Shown in pieces: positions 62,219-64,000 of a stretch of DNA of 64,000 nucleotides (position 1 is the stretch's first letter; every line of letters begins with the position of its first letter). Source of the DNA: the human T2T-CHM13v2.0 reference genome, Homo sapiens; the NCBI RefSeq assembly GCF_009914755.1, contig NC_060937.1; one strand, 5' to 3'. A model generated the notes under the pieces. It was not told where the DNA came from. It worked only from the letters and a program-made list of their open reading frames with translations, and did no database searches. Position numbers and translations under genes: made by a program.

Positions 62219-63239
62219 TACAATATCTTGTCCATTAATCCATTTTCTAGCCACCATTACAGAACTGAGGAGCACCCCTAAATTTCTTTCTTTATCCTGA
62301 CATAAAATAATACAAAGGAAATCATCAATTTCCTGTTCTGTTCAAGAAAGGTACATCCTCCATTCAAGATTTAAAAATAGTAAACATATTAGTCGGTAGT
62401 ATTATTACAATTCCAAAATTCAGAATATCAGGGTTATTTTGTATCTTTTTACTTATTAAAGTTATTGCTTTTTAATAATTGCACATATATAACTATTGAA
62501 TAAACTATTATAAACTATGTAGATCCCACTGCAATGGTTTGATACTTTATGTAATTGGTTATAGAACAATACCTCTGTAGACTACCGCAGAAACAGTGTG
62601 TCCTATATGACATGGATATGTTACCATATGGGCTTATTGTGTAGCCTTATTAATAAATAAATAAAGTCAAATACTTCTGGGGCCATTGTACTTTTTAGTT
62701 TATTTGACCATGTCAGTACAGGTAACATTTAGAAAGAAGTTCATAAAGGGAAATAATTGGATTGGAGAGAGAAAATGTGAGAGGACAGAGCATTAAAGTA
62801 ATTAGAGGTTTAGCAGAATTTTACAGAATCAATGAGAACATTTCATTCTGGTTCTTACCATTCCATTCTGCACAGAAATCATCACTGTGGCATCTTGTGC
62901 TTTATGATTTTGATCAAATTATTTGTCAAAAAAAACTCAGTAAACTGATCCATTGTTAATTTTCAAGAGAGTGAACTTGAAAGATAGTGATATTTAAACT
63001 TTGTTACTCACTATGAGCTCTGCAAAAATAAATACCTGCTTACAGATCTTTAGTAATGCAGTAGTGCATGTATGCCTAAATACATAGCTGCATAGCTGAG
63101 GAAGAATAAAAATAATTGGCTAAAGTAAATTTTCAGTTGATATTTGGCTTTATTACATGCCTTCAAATTTAGGATTTTCTAAGTTGTATGCTATCCTCTT
63201 TTTAAAAATTCAATTTCTTTAGCACATAAATTGATATTA

Positions 63240-63600
<361 letters not shown>

Positions 63601-63609
63601 AAACAGCAC

Positions 63610-63950
63610 TATCCCTATGTTTTAGATGAGGAAACTGAATGTTTCCTCATCTAAAGAAATGTGCCCAAGATCACAAAATTAAAATGTGGTTGAATGCTAT
63701 ATTTCTTCCTATTTTCATTTCCCATCATATTTTTAAATAGCGTTTAGAATAGAGTCTCTAAACCATGTATATATATGACCCTTTAAATAGAACTTGAGTG
63801 GATTTTTTTAAAAATAATTTGGACACACTAGCTAATCTGTGTCCCTCAATGTCTTCATCTCTAAAATAGAGGTTATACTAGTACCTGTGTTTGTGCATGG
63901 GAACTCAGAGCAGTGCTCAACACATAGTAAGAGCTCAGTAAATGTAGACC
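63610..63950. mobile_element. MIR remnants
   Basis: 'tttagatgaggaaactga' and 'tcttcatctctaaaatagagg...gtgctcaacacatagtaagagctcagtaaat'. Confidence 0.65.
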
Positions 63951-64000
63951 ATTACAATTACCAGGACCACTGATCTTTATAGTCCTTTGCTTGGTCCATA

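Overview
Human/primate genomic DNA, rich in Alu, L1, L2, MIR, MaLR and ERVL repeats. It contains the 5' end of MYCBP2 (PAM/PHR1, a giant RCR-type E3 ubiquitin ligase) on the minus strand: coding exon 1 (42623-42322), exon 2 (12522-12447) and exon 3 (4222-4007). These splice in frame through canonical GT-AG sites to give the first 198 residues, and the gene continues off the left edge. A CpG-island promoter lies at about 42.1-43.25 kb, with a second GC/CpG-rich block about 2.5 kb upstream (about 44.9-45.9 kb). The remaining ~20 kb upstream is repeat-rich intergenic DNA, including a decayed two-LTR ERVL provirus. The most interesting signals are in the 5' control region. (i) An AUG-initiated uORF with ten consecutive AGR arginine codons lies in the MYCBP2 frame, separated from it by a single TAG. 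(ii) A (GGC)8 5'UTR repeat has open near-cognate poly-Gly and poly-Ala frames. (iii) A candidate alternative upstream first exon has a donor phase-compatible with exon 2. These are hypotheses read from the sequence, not demonstrated systems. Repeat subfamily names and boundaries were assigned by eye and are approximate. No prokaryotic features or CRISPR arrays were seen.
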